Assembly: GCA_973895155.1 (NCBI GenBank)
Contig: OZ316893.1
Location: 13,780,359 to 13,844,358, forward strand
Direction: 5' to 3'
Source: Marsupella aquatica
Taxonomy: Eukaryota > Plantae > Marchantiophyta
DNA length: 64,000 nucleotides
Both the position numbers and the translations under genes were made by a program. The notes under the pieces were generated by a model. It had not been told where the DNA came from. It made no database searches and worked only from the letters and a program-made list of their open reading frames with translations. Shown here one piece after another: positions 43,958 to 57,286 of this stretch. The stretch's first letter is position 1. Every line of letters begins with the position of its first letter.

Positions 43958-46889
43958 GTTGCAAACCTCTCCCTACTCTTTATACTTCCTGCTACATATC
44001 AACACTCTCCTGCCAGGGTCGAAACGGCAGCCTACCATCTGCCCTATACTGCCGCACGTCCTTCCCAATTTCCCCTGAGCACTGCGAGGCCCGCAGGCAT
44101 GTCCGGCCCCGCGGCCTATCTTAGCCAAGCACCCGACGACGGATTGATGGGCTGTGCAGAACAACCTCTTCAAATGTGCGGGTCTACCGATTCGACCATA
44201 TTCAACTCTCGACCCGTTTTTGATGCTGCTGCTGGTGTCGCCGAACTCGCATCGTCAATGCCGGTCCCCTCCTCCACACCTGCCTCCAATTCCTCGTTGT
44301 CGTAACGCGTTCTAGCCTTCGAAAATCTGATCAGACAGACATACAGAAGGCCCATACGACGTTAGTCGAAAAACTATCGATGAAACATAAAATGGCCCTT
44401 TGACTGGACCAAACTTGGGAACTGATTTACTAGGAGCAACTCCAAATGGCCACCTTGCATACCAATCAGACGTAACAATGCAAACATACTATTCTACTAG
44501 CAAAAGACCTCGCGTGCCTGTTGCACTGAACTCAGGACATAGACCACATTCGCACTTCTACCGGTTTAACCTTCCTTCCTTTCGTGAACCACCGACCACT
44601 CAAAACCCTTGCCTTCCTTCGTGTGCACTACGCTACGTGCTAGATTGGTCTACCGCAGGCAGAGAATTGAGGAGAACCCCTTCCATCTGTCAAAACCCGA
44701 TCAACCTGGTTGGGCTGCTCAATCGGACGAACAGAGGAAGGACCAGCCATACACTAACGAGCAGTTACAAAAGTGGCAGTGGAAGGGAAGTGAAGGGAGG
44801 GGAAGGCACGGAGTTTGGGTATCATTGCTTTCGAGACAGAATTCCACGCAGAACACACGAAAGCTTGTGGAACCCGCGGATGTGCTAGATATAGCAGAAC
44901 TTTGACTCACTACAGAGCCCCGAGCTAGCGAGCTATCAGTAAGGGACCGACCACATGGGATGATCAACTCGATGCGAGAACACTCTGAGGGTAGACGAGA
45001 GCATTGATTGCACCCTGCCATCATGCCAATGCGCTTCGAACTCAAACGGCCTCAAAATGGCCTCAATGCGCTAATGCAACCAATAAGTGCGTCCCGTGCC
45101 ATGCCAGGATATACCCTCTACACACGCGGACTCAACAAGCTAGCAACTTCTGTGGGGCGTCTGTCTGTCTGTCTGTCTCTGTCCCTTGCGAGCAAACTGA
45201 GCCAGACATACCACAATGCTATCACAAACCCGAACGTCGTCATTGAGCCGAGCGTGACTTCTCAATGGGAATGGCAGAGGACCATGGAGTTGTTCCCTTC
45301 ATGGCTCGACAGAAATTGGCCATGGCCAGGACACGAAAACCTAGCAAGCGAGTCCCACACTAGTCAGCTTAAGCTGCCACTTTGAGCAACCGGTGAGGAC
45401 AAGGGCAAAAACCTAGTACACGAAGGAGATACCCAATGTTGCCTCCAAAGACACCGACGACCCAAGAAGGCACGCTGTCAAGAACCATAGCTGGAGGCTT
45501 AGAAGACTCAAAAGACCAGACAATCTGAACCGACTGAGAACAAAGCACCAAGCTTCAGGGGAGGAGAGTTGAGAAAATCACCCGGAGGTAATGGTGAGCG
45601 GGGGTGGTGAGAAGGAAATATTCTTAATGGTCTCAATCGCCAATTTCAATGCTCGCATGTGAGTAGTGTGTGGGTGAGTGCCGTGCGAGAGATCGTACTA
45701 CTGCTCCAGGATTAGGCGAAGGCTGCTCGCACTAATGCAGCAAGTGAGCGCGCGAGGTGAGGCAGGGCGGGGAGAGAACTGATGCTCAACGACTTTGCTG
45801 AAGACCCGACTTGAAATTAGACTGAAGTGCGGGATGCACTCACTGTTGGGAGTTTGAAAAAGCTGTAGGCTGGGGTGACTTTTTGCGTCTTGGAGGCGGT
45901 CTCAAGCAAGCAAGTCGGTTGCTAAGAGCTGAATAAGGTTGGCTGTCGAATAAACCTAAGCCTCTCGGATCCCCAGACTGCTCACTCACACAAGACAGGC
46001 TCACTCCCTGTGATTGTTGTGTTGTCGTTGGAACAAGCAGAAGGCAATGGTATATCTCCGGAGGCAAGTGCTAGAGCTTCTCGAGGCAAAGAAACCGCTG
46101 TCTAGGGTGTTGTGTCTACAAGTAGCGCACAATTGCAATGGACGACCCCCAAAAACAAGACCCTGGTTAGCTCAGGATTAAACAGCCGGACTACAGAGAG
46201 GTATTGTTGTTCCCGCTCCTACTACAGTCACACGAACGAAAGAGACACACCAAGCTAAGCTTGCGCACACTCGCCGACGGGCCAAGCCAAGACAAAGCTT
46301 CACGGCTGGGGAGGGCAACAACGGACTGGCAATTTCTTCGAGGGGAAAACTAATACCCACACTCAGGGAAACTGCGGACACAATGAAAAGGGCCCGAAGG
46401 CAAAGTTGGACCTAAAGGAAGGAAGGAAGGAGCGGAAACAGTTCTAGAGGACGTGACAAAAAGGACGCACTAAGTAAGAACGCAGAAGACGACGACGCCG
46501 ACGTCCAAACTACAGTCGCTAATGAGTAGCCTCCGGAGTAAAGTGGTGGACTAGATAGAAAGACAGACTGTCCTCGCTTGCGCGACTCGGATTCCGTCAA
46601 GGATATGAATGCTTGCTTTCTTCCCGTGTTACTTGCCTACTAGCATGCTTTGCTACTACTGCTGCTGCGGGCTGTGGTAATGGTGATCGCGCAAGAGTGG
46701 CTGTAGTTCTCTGCAACTGAGCGGAAGTGTGAAGTGAGGTGAGGTCAAACAAACGATGTCAAGTAAGTGCGTTGCGTCTTCTGAGGTCCTGATTGGAAGG
46801 ATGAGAGCGGAAGAGACAGAGTGCGCTAGCTGATTTCCGGCCCCGGGGGGCTCGGGGCTGGCTGCGCTCAGGTGGGGCAGGCAGCGCTA

Positions 46890-47665
46890 GGACAGAGAGA
46901 GAGTGAGAGACAGACAGACAGACAGACACAGACACAGAGAGACCCGGGCAGAGAGAGCTCAATGCAGCGTATGATTTAAGCTGGCTGCCTCTTCCTGATT
47001 GCTTTCTTCAAGCAAAATACGGTGCTTCCCAAAAGCTGTAAGTAGCGAAGCTAGTTCAGATTTATGGATGAGCCAGCGATGGCGATCGAGCGAGCAAGCA
47101 CCGATCTCTCACCAATGTCCAGCCCACAAAGCGAATCCGCCCTTCGTCTTCTTCTTCTTCTTCGCTCGCTCGCTCCTTCCTCGCTACTCTGCTGCCGTCG
47201 TCGTTGTACAGTAGAAGCAGTAGTATAGCAGTAGTATAGCTCCACCGTTTCCTCCTCCTCCTCCTCCTCCTCCTTCCTCTCGTCCTCTTCTTCTCTCCTC
47301 TCCTCTCCTCTCCTCCGCCCTGTCCCCCCTTCTCTTCAGGAGAGGAGAGAAAAGAAAAGAAGCAGATGAGCAGGATCTCCGAACTGAATTGTGGATTGAC
47401 GGACGACAAGGAGGAGGGGAAAAAGCGAAAGAGAAAGCGAAAACAATCTCTCCGCTACAAAAAAAACTCGTCGGGACTGACGATGATCACGGACTGGGCG
47501 GAAAACAACCTCCTCCTACTCGGGGAATAGATTCTACTCTGCTTGCTTGGCTCCGCATCAATCAATCAATCAAGCAAGCAAGCTAGCTGCTAGCAAGCAA
47601 TCAATCCAATCACCCACAAAACAAAAAACACTTCGCCGTCACTCAACTCAACTCAACTCAAAACT
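46890..47665. repeat. Cluster of microsatellites (GA/GACA, CTT, CCT, CAAT, CAACT) in the probable ZF-HD leader or promoter
   Basis: GACA runs at 46905-46935, CTT at 47147-47163, CCT at 47250-47275, TCAA at 47557-47573 and ACTCA at 47641-47660. Confidence 0.75.
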
Positions 47666-49578
47666 TCACTCTCTCTCAACTCACGACAAACAAACCGTTT
47701 CCGCCCCAGCCAGGCAGACCCTGGCTGCCCTACTCCTGCTGCCCAAAACTGCCTCGTGCCTGCTGCGGCCTTCGCCCTCGCACGAGCGAGCTGAGCCCAG
47801 CTGAGCTATGCAAGCCCCGGGGAGAAAGAAAGAAAAAGAGAGCGGTCGAGCGAGCGAGCGAGGGGGCAGGCAAAGGTATAGGCAAGGGGGACGAGGAGGG
47901 GGAAGACGCGCCGGAGCTCCAAAATAACTTAAAAAGAGTTCCTTCCGGTGGACTACTGGCTGCCCCTGCTGCCCGGCCCGGCCCGGCCCTACCCTGCCCT
48001 GCCTTCGATTGCCTTGCCTGCCCCGCCCTGTCACCAGAGCGATGCTGCTCTCCGTATTATTATTGCCAGGCCGAGCGAGAGGTGGGGATTACCGCCCCGG
48101 TCAGACAGCTCGGCCTTGCCCTCCCAGCCTGCCCCGCCCTGGCTGCCCGTTTCGGCCTATCGTCTGCTGTCAGTTTGAGCCCACGGGGTCTCATCACCGC
48201 CTCCCGGGAAATCTCACTCGGCCGCCCGTCGTTCACTTCCCGTCACTGCCCTGTCTCATGCTCGGTTGTTCGTTCCGTCCACGTTCGTTCTTTGGTTTGG
48301 TTTTTTTCTTTCCGGGGAGCCCGCTTCCCTGCCCAACGTTCCTGGAGCAGGCAGGGCCGCAAGGCAGCCCCCGAGCAGGCCCACCACCCGCAGAGGTGTT
48401 CAACCACGCCCAATCAGAAGCCGCAGAGATTTTGTTCCGGTAGCATCACATTTCCCACGCCCCACCCCTTGATTTCGGAGGGAGCATATTAATTGTATCC
48501 CCTCCGTCACCGGCACATTATTATTACTTCCATTGTTCCCGGTCAGCCTCCCATGATTACCTCTCCGCCCTGGTCACTGCGTCCGCCCTCCGGTCAGCCA
48601 GCCAGCCGGAATCGTCCAAAGTCCATCCTTTTTCCTTTGCCTCAAAATTTTTCCACCTCCCCGTCCCTGCCACACCAGAACGGTACCACGCTGTTCAACT
48701 TTTCACGGTGGCTCTGCCCCCCTTCCTGTCTGCCCAATGCCCATTATTTAGTGCCTGCCCGACTTGCCTGAATGCCTGCATGACGATAGACTGACGCCTG
48801 CTTTTTCCTTTCTAATCCCTGCTCTGCCCACTCTCACCTGCTGTCGCCTGCTGTCACCCCCCAAGCGCTACTGATCCCATCCCAGAGACACGCCATTTAC
48901 TACTAACTTACTCTATTACTCAGGGACACCCCATGTAGACTAGGGACCCGCCTAATCAGAACTGGCTGTCATTCACCTCGAAGACAATCCGGGCCATCCT
49001 CCTTACTGTAATTAAGAAGTTTTCCTGCTGCCCGCTCGAGCGCTGCTCCCCGAGTACGGACGGGCACGACGGGTACGCACCGGGCAGTGTTGTTCCCTCC
49101 GAGGTTGTTCTTTTTTAGACCAGCGAGGACTTTGCCCGACGGTACGAGTCCGCTACAGACACAAGAGACACAAACAAAGTCATTGACTGGACATCACCCT
49201 ACGCAAGGACGTAGTGTAATTAGCATAGGGTCTATGGGGAGAGAGAGACTGGGCAGGCACGGGCAGCGCAGGCCCGGGCACTGGGGCAGCACCCTATGCT
49301 GCCCGAGTTCCCAGCCCGGCCTCCCAGTACAGCACGCACGACGAGGCGGGAGGGAGCATTTCCAATGAATGAATAATCAAGACCAGAGCCCCACGATGTT
49401 CCCTCTTGCTCGTGAGGAGTTATTATTAATAATCAAAGTACCACCAACAAACAATAAGAACGCCCATCAGGCCACGTCAAGTTTCCAGCTTCAATCTCCT
49501 AAAGCCAAAATGATACATTAGCTCAGCCGTTTAATACAACCCAACAAGGATTTTTTTAAGCTCTAAGGCAAGTTATTA

Positions 49579-49930
49579 AACCATTTCCAAAGGTGCGAGA
49601 GGAGTAAATATCTACTCTGACAACACTCTTTTCTAGTTTACACTAACGGTCAGGTCAAATGAATCTCAGTTCCCAACCCTTAGTGTAGAATTTTTCTTCA
49701 CTGTAGAAATTAGCTTCATATCACCATATCCAATACAGTGTTGAACATCTAACAACTAGCCCATTAAAAGTCAAAAAATGGATACAGTATTCCAAAAGCA
49801 TATCCAATAACCAAAAACCCAGTGCATAAAAATCCAATAGCATTAAGTTGAATGGATTGGACATGACTTTTTGTGCTTTGGATTCCAAGGTCAGGTCAAC
49901 GTCCTCTTACAGTAAGGGTTGGAGATGCTC
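49579..49930 (-). mobile_element. Tourist/PIF-Harbinger-like MITE, copy 1
   Basis: Right end TTGGAGATGCTC, left end a decayed AACCATTTCCAAAGG, flanks TTA/CTA. Interior is the reverse complement of 57889-58252 (TCCAA.CCATTCA...AATGCTATTGG). Confidence 0.65.
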
Positions 49931-52079
49931 CTAGTAACCTCTCCTGTAGCAACTACCCATCTTTTGGGATAACAATATTTGGTACACCTAGGACCTGTTT
50001 TTAGCTAGCAAGGGTTTGAGTTGATAAGAACCAAGTGGTGATTAGATATCCCCAGTTGATGAAACGAGTCACCCTGCATACTTGAACAAGTTCTGTGTAG
50101 GGGAGGAGGGAGGACAAAGCTGCATCAGATCTCCAATGCATGGAAGGTGACGAACAGGGTGTTTTTTAGGCTGGGAGTGAGTGTAGAGTGGTGAATTTGA
50201 ATAAACAAGATGGCTTCGTTGCCCTTACAAGTGCTGGCAATTATTATTTGGGGGGGCAGGTATGTGTTCGGCAATTCTTTCAAAATCTTCGCCAAATTTT
50301 CCTCTGTGAAAGTAACATGACATGACTTTGGGTACAAATTCTCCCTGGCAAAAAACTCTCACCAAAATGAGCACTTGGTTTTCTTGGTTCTTTAAACAAT
50401 GTGGTCTGATCCAAAGCTCTAAATGTGATTTCATGATTGCTCTACCAGGGTGACTGAATTATTATTATCATGGATGGATGAACTAGCAGATGAGCAACAA
50501 ATTTCCTTCTTGTTGGCATAGCAGCAAGTTTTGGTCGGTGCATTCTTGGAAATGCGGCCTAACCAAAACTATTAAAATGTGATCAAACAGTGATTATTTC
50601 AATAGTGGTAATCAAAAGAACCTAGTGGACTAGTGACAGACAGAAACTTAGTAGGGTCCCTCAGTAGAAAGAAAGCCTTGAACAGTTGAACTGCCACCGT
50701 CACTACTCATAACCTAGTGGATCCACATTACCATAATTAGACAAAAATGTTGTAAAATAAGATTAAAAAAATGGGAGGAGCGTGTTTATTTGTCCTACCG
50801 TCTTAGAGACAATAATGGTCCCATTTGAAATTGAATTACAATAAGAACGCCCGTATCTATGTCATGTGCTTGTTTGTTCTTTTGCCTACCCTGTACCAGT
50901 GTATTATAGTATCTTCAAGGCATTACCTTATTAATTTACTGCATAATTTAAATATAGCGTAACTACTGTACTCAGCCTCTTCTTATTTTTACTATATGAG
51001 AAAGACTATGAGAATGGTATACCAAAATGCAAACCCAATGGTTATGGGAGATTTTACTACCTCCGCAAATAGGCACCCCTGGGTACTGATCATTACATCT
51101 TGGATAACCCAGGTAATGAATCGTCATACGCAGTTACACTAGCAAAAAACCCATTCAATTCTAGTACCAAATTTCCCAATAAGGTGACAATTGAATAACA
51201 TCCCAATAACCCATTAGAGATGTCTTTTTAACCCAGCCTTATTAGGTTTGGTCAACACAGCATTAGAGTAGACCAACCTAGGAACCATTAAAGATGCTCT
51301 CCAAGGACAAACATATATACAGCTCAAACTTGGGGACCTCACTCAAAAGCCGATCCCCATATCAGGGAAACAATTTTGGGCAATCAAACTCCCTAATCTA
51401 TAAAACAAATCAGTTATTTTTTACATTTTACCCCTATTTTGTCCTATCATGCTGAAAATTGGATTTCAAAACCCCTTATGTTGTTCCACAATGTTTTTAA
51501 CTCTTTCACTCAACCCAATAAAATACCCGATAGTTATTTGCCCATCATGGGTTGGAAGAAAACAGGTGAGGACCCTGGGAGTTGAAACTTTTTGAGATCG
51601 TGCACCGGATCCAAAAGCTTGCCAATTCAATGTGTAGACTGGGTACTCTATGAGCTTTGTTATGACTCATGTGCGTCCTCCCGCCTTGGCAATGAGCTCG
51701 TAGCAAAACCCAATTTTGTTAGCAAAGTATGGAAGCTCCTTAATCTTCTCAATGCTACAAGTTCATTTGTTTCTCGTATACATAGCACAATTCAATTGTT
51801 AGGGAGTTCAGGACTACCACAATGCTTTGAGTGTCAAGAATAGCAGGTGATGTTGAACAAATAGCTAGCTGGTGTATCCCTAATTTAAGTTGGGCATTGC
51901 CTCCAATTCAAACTGCAGCATGATCAAGGAAGAAGAAGGAACCAATCTGAATCAGAAACTCTCAAAAGAGGCAGGGCCCAATCTTGTATGCATCTTCCAT
52001 CTTCCACCTAGCATATCCTTCTGATATTTCCATAGATTGAAGGGCATCATAAGAGTTTATTTTCCCTTGGAGCTTGGAC

Positions 52080-52360
52080 TACTGAGTGCTCATCAAATTG
52101 TTGCTGCAGGAGCATGCAATGCGTGAAATGGCATCAGGAAAGGGAAAATTTTGGGTCCTAATTGCAAATGTTTCAACTTTCTTGCAAAAAGTTTTGGGGC
52201 ATAAGGGATTTTTTTGCGTGTCAATCATTCAATCTTTACTTCAATTGGCAATTCGATTCCAAATACTCTGCAATTGATAACATGTTCAAAATAATACAAT
52301 TCACCAATCCAAGATTGTTCACCCAATCAACTATCTGGCACTCCCATGGGTGGGTAAACA
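52080..52360 (-). mobile_element. Possible pogo/Tc5 CENP-B-type HTH transposase relic
   Basis: Minus-strand fragments WECQIVDWVNNL and KKVETFAIRTQNFPFPD weakly resemble the EE.LV.WI and KVAEI.Q.R.TPF.D motifs. Heavily degraded. Confidence 0.25.
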
Positions 52361-53416
52361 ATGAGATGTGTTGCATTGGACACCAAAATGAGAACACTGC
52401 AAGAAGAGAACAAGAGAACAAAATGCAAACCAATGCCCCAAGTTTTGGTTAGAAGGCACTGAAATTACTTATAGGGCTTTGAAAATAAATTTCTCTCACT
52501 GACAAATTATATTACACACCTTAACACAGTGGTATCCATTCATACTAAGGTTCATAAGAAACAAGGATGGTTCCATTGTAAGAAATAATGTGATTCTTAA
52601 GAATGGCAGCCAGACATTGTGCAGGATATATATTGGAAATCATCATGAAAACTAGCAGAGTGTGTGTAATTACCTCCATTTCTACTCTAAACATATGGGT
52701 GTTCTTACAGGGGTAGATTCTAGTGCACTTGTAGGACTTGGGCCTATGAAGAAATGACAGAAATTAAGGTATTTAAAACCTAGTTTTTGCCAGCAAGGGA
52801 TACATTTGCTAGCAAAGTGGTGGATGCTTAGGATTCTTTTCTCCTATGAGCAAAGAGCATTGTATTGCGAGCACTTTCTGTTTGCTCGCATAGAACTGTA
52901 CCCCTCCATACTAGAACATGGCCAAGTGCCTAAGGCAAGCAGATCCACACCATTCCCTCATTGAACTGGTATGCAATCTCGAGTCATGGTCTACATATTA
53001 TGGATATTGTTGTGATTGGTAAAGACGTCCTCTCCTCTCTATCTCGTATGTAGTCCAGGCACCCACCCAGACTTTGTACTTCAGTCAAACCTTGTTGGGA
53101 ATCTGCGCTGACAATAAATTGGTGCATGCACATTTGGTTGGCTCATGAGGGACGAGGACATTATCTTTACTTTGTTGGAAAAGGCAAACTGTGTAACTAG
53201 GGTAGTTTGCAAAAGAAGAAAAGACAAGTCCATGGCACATTCCATTTATTTTTCAGATTAGCCTGATTACCCCTTCCTTGAAACGTAAACAGATATGAAG
53301 AACAAAAAACAGATATGAAGAACAAAAAATTTGCACAATAATATTTCTATGCTATTTAGTTAATTCTCATTTTAAGTGTTTTTTAATTGAGATTCATAAT
53401 CATTTTTGTCTATACT

Positions 53417-53540
53417 GGGGTTATGGTCTAGAGACTTCACTCTAGACCCTAGGCCCTTAAGAGTAGACTTCGTTTGCGCTTTTATAGTAAGATACTCACA
53501 ACACATTTCAACCTCTCGAGTGACGTGGTCCTTTCAATGG
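53417..53540 (+). repeat. Short dispersed repeat family copy
   Basis: ATGGTCTAGAGACTTCACTCTAGACCCTAGG...TAGTAAGAT...TGACGTGGTCCTTTC. Confidence 0.6.
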
Positions 53541-55459
53541 ACAGTTCCAAGCCTTCTATTTGTTAACACTTACCTTAATTTTCATTTCTCATTATAGCTG
53601 CATCTATCTAATGCCTTCATATTTTGATCCATACAAAATATTTGTAGAACTTGTGTTATCATATCATATTAAATCTACTAACTAATCAGTTGGTACAAAG
53701 AAACTAACAGAAAAGGCAAATTCCTGAAGGGTGGACAAGGATTTTCCGGTGCTAACCACCCGCCCCCCCCCCCCCCCGCACCCGCAATCAGATCTACATC
53801 CTGGACCAGGTTCCCCCATCCTACACTCACCAGAATGCAGGTGTCTACTATTCTATATGAAAAAACACTATCATGTTTTTGGTTTCATTTTGTAGTTAAC
53901 TACATATCACATTGCCAAACCCGGCTGCAAAGACCCAAAAGTGTCAAACCAGAAGACAGGATCCCAAAAGGCCCTGCTGAGCATTGGGAGATCATTCAGT
54001 TTATGGCTCTGTAGGGCTTAAGTTCCTTTGCACTTGTGGGGGATGCAATCTTAGGGTGTTTGCTCATTTGGCGGGTTTCTGTGGGTATTCCCTTGTCTTC
54101 CCCCTTTTATTGGGTAGAACTAACCCCCACTGGGGCAGATAAGTAACAACAATGAGGCCACTACATCCAAGGGGTCGCAAGCCAACTGATCCAGAGAAAC
54201 ACAAAAAGCACCTTGGAGAAGGAACAGCAATGGCACCGGAATTTGTTTCACGCATGACTCTTCTCCCTCCACAGGCCAGCAAGGAAAATACCAGTGCCAA
54301 CAGAATGCAATGAAGCACCTGGAAAGTCATGGAATGCATCCTGCAGAGGGGGAAAGTAGCCGGCAGCCTGTGCAGCCTCCTCAACCCTAATCGGCCAAGG
54401 TGCATTTCCACTCTTCCTAGCCCTTTTTTTGTTTTTGGAAGGGAGGGCCCAAAGCATTACTTCTAAAACAATCTTGGGCGAGGAACATAGGCTTCCACAC
54501 TTTCCTACTCTGCTCATCCATGGGGGCAAGGTTAGCTATGGAACCACTAGCTTTCCCTCCAACCCAACATGAGGGCTGCAAAAGGGAATGGGGGTGGTAA
54601 GGGGTTTGAATGGAAATCACATATAACCTACAGCATGCTTGCAATGCTAGTGTCCTAAAGGGTAACATAAAGCTCAACGTGAGCTGACCCAGAGGACCAA
54701 TACCATTGTGCATGTGCCAATGCACCCATCTCAAGGCTCCCTAATAAAGTGCCCAGACAGGGAACTAGACTGCAGATGGACCAACCGAACGAGGGAGAAT
54801 GAATGAAGATTTGGCAAAAAGGACCAAACTGAAACAAAGGTCAAGGAGTAAAAGCAAAAGAGGCTAGAGAGGACAAACACCAAACTCAAAAGTAAGATGC
54901 CAAATGCCAATCCCCCAAACCTACAACCTAGATAAAGAAAGAAAGAAATATCTACCCTCCAATACTGAGATGATCTAATGGTCCACATTTAATGTTGTAA
55001 CTAAGTCTGCAAGTGGGACTTGGATGTTCCAGGCTAAGGGAGCAAGCCTCTGCCACGGTGCACTAGTAATCACTGCTAGAGATTTACCATGGATTGCTCT
55101 TGTCTGAGCACATTGTAACTTCACCAAGATCCATTGACCAAGTGTGTTCATTAACAAAACAAACAGTGGTGTTGTGGAACCAGCCAGAGTGTGAACATCT
55201 TGAGCTGCCTGTCAACCGCTTCAACCTTTTTCTTCTTTTCTGGTGAAGTTCTCGTTTCTTATTTCATGGAACTTAAGAATCCTATCAAAATAAAGGACCC
55301 ATCCAAGCTAGTTTATATTTCCATTATGACTGGTGTGTTTAACTAATATGTGGATCTCAACACTCTAGTTGCGTAAAGAGTTTAAGCTGCCCAAAGTGCC
55401 CTGTATGCAAGAGCTTGTCATTGACAAAGATCGTGCTGCATTTCAGTTGTAACAGCGGT

Positions 55460-55930
55460 TTTGCTCACTTACAATGGCAAATTGACCCCCACTGAGGACC
55501 ATAATCCTTGGGTTCATGGGGACAATGTGGCACAAAATAAGATTCAATATCCATACAGAAAGAATGACTTACATGATAACAATCCTCACAAACTCGAGCT
55601 TCACGGGCTGGAGGCCTTAAGGCATGAGTTGCCTTGGGAGGGCACCAGTAAAAACAATACATTGACCATACGCTTGCTGAACTACAAAGTAACTAGCATC
55701 CGAGAACATGAGTAGAAACTAGTTTATCTTGGACACAAAATCCATAGAGTGAAGTGGGTGGCTCATGGAGAAGCTCCAACTCATTCTTTCTGCTGCCTAG
55801 GAAGGACAAATATGCTTTTGACATGATTGAAGCATCAAAACATGTGATGTTGAAGATTGTCTGCTCAAACAAGAAAGAGGTCATCCACCAGCTTTAAACT
55901 GAACTACTGCAGCTTTTAGTGGTGAGTATT
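55460..55930 (-). mobile_element. Degenerate pogo/Tigger-type (DDE_1) transposase fragment
   Basis: Minus-strand QFKA/GWMTSFLFEQ and CPPKATHALRP resemble the DDE_1 motifs KAWMT..LF..W and LPPN.TH.LQPLD, in the correct order, broken by frameshifts. Confidence 0.5.
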
Positions 55931-56318
55931 TTCCCTGTGCACAGGCTCCACAAAAAAAGGAAACCAAATAGAGTGACTGTGATCTGTTGAATGGAGGTGG
56001 TAGTCTCATCAAAGAAGGCATGTTGTGGGATAGTGGGGAGAGATAGTCACACATTTCAGAAGTCAAGTGTGGGGGGTAGCTGCTGTCAGTGAAAGTGGTG
56101 TGGAGAGAGCTGGTCAAGCAATCAAAGGGGGTTTAGATTAATAACAAATGGGTTAATTGGAAACGCGCTGTGCCCTTTGTTTAAAAAAACAAACAAATAC
56201 AAATGGGTTGAGAAAAACAAGGAGTAAACTCTTATAAGGTGAATCAAAACTTAAATAAATTATGGCTTCTCAAAAGTTTAACAACAACAAGGTTCTATAG
56301 TTTGCAATGCATAGAGAG

Positions 56319-57286
56319 CAAGGTATATGCTTGATGGGACCCTTGCCAAAAGAAATTTAAATGATAGGCTCTTATGAAACTTTTGTTACAAACTAGGCCC
56401 CCTCTTACACTTTTTTGTCAAATGTTCTTGTAAAGTTTCTATAAAGAGTTTTGGCTTGATATTGTCACCAATAAGATCTACCGTAAAGTTTAGAGTCAAA
56501 CCGTGCTTATTGACAAACTACACCGTTGGGGGAACCGCGGTGTAACGGCGACCATTGCGCGAATTGTGAGTTCCTAAGTGAAGACAATATGGTTCATGTC
56601 TTCAGGTTTGAATCTAGGTTGTTTCACAAAACCTATGCACAGGGCTAGGTTGCATGATCTTTCAACGTTTCTCTTTGTTATTTTGTCTAAGTATGGAATG
56701 AATCCTCTACTTTTGGCCATTGGTCCCTAATGCAATGTTTAAAAATTGTATTCTCACTATATCTAGACCCCAAATTTGTTGAAGTATGGAATGAACCAAT
56801 GAAAGATTTTTTACTCTTGGCCATTTTCCCTTGTTGTAATTTTCAAAATTTGTGTAAATCTGAAACAAAGACACCATGGACTCAATCATAATGGGAAACA
56901 TTTTGCCAGCCTGCAAGAACTAGACTAAATGTTTAGACTAAATATTGTATGAACTCACTATCCTGTAATTTGTGGTGGATCCCTCAAAACTCTATAATCA
57001 TGTGAAGACACGATTCATTATGTCTAATTCATAATTATGTCTTCAAGCATAGAGGTACGGACGATGGACTGTGATGCAGTGTGCGATGAATTGCGGTGGG
57101 AAATGTATGGTTTACTATGCATTTAGGCACCACATACGAACCATGTGTACAGAACCTATGTAGAGAGCCTAGTTGGTAACAACATTTTTGTGGCCCAGGG
57201 CCTAGTTTGTAACATTTTAAGTTTAGTAGGGGCCTGTCCCATAAATTTGTTTTGACAAGAGTCCCATCAAACATATACCTATGATC
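56319..57286. mobile_element. Non-autonomous foldback/MULE-like element with ~80-bp TIRs
   Basis: AGGTATATG.TTGATGGGAC.CTTG.CAAAA.AAATTTA...TGTTACAAACTAGGCCC (56321-56400) is inverted at 57198-57280. Direct repeat CATAGAGAG at 56310-56318 and 57287-57295 is a candidate 9-bp TSD. Confidence 0.6.

Noticed and set aside
45238-45260. TTGAGCCG resembling the miR171 seed
   Set aside because: Only 8-9 nt match and no hairpin partner.
47547-48771. Many overlapping Pro/Arg-rich ORFs
   Set aside because: Expected in GC-rich, stop-poor promoter DNA; no domain similarity.
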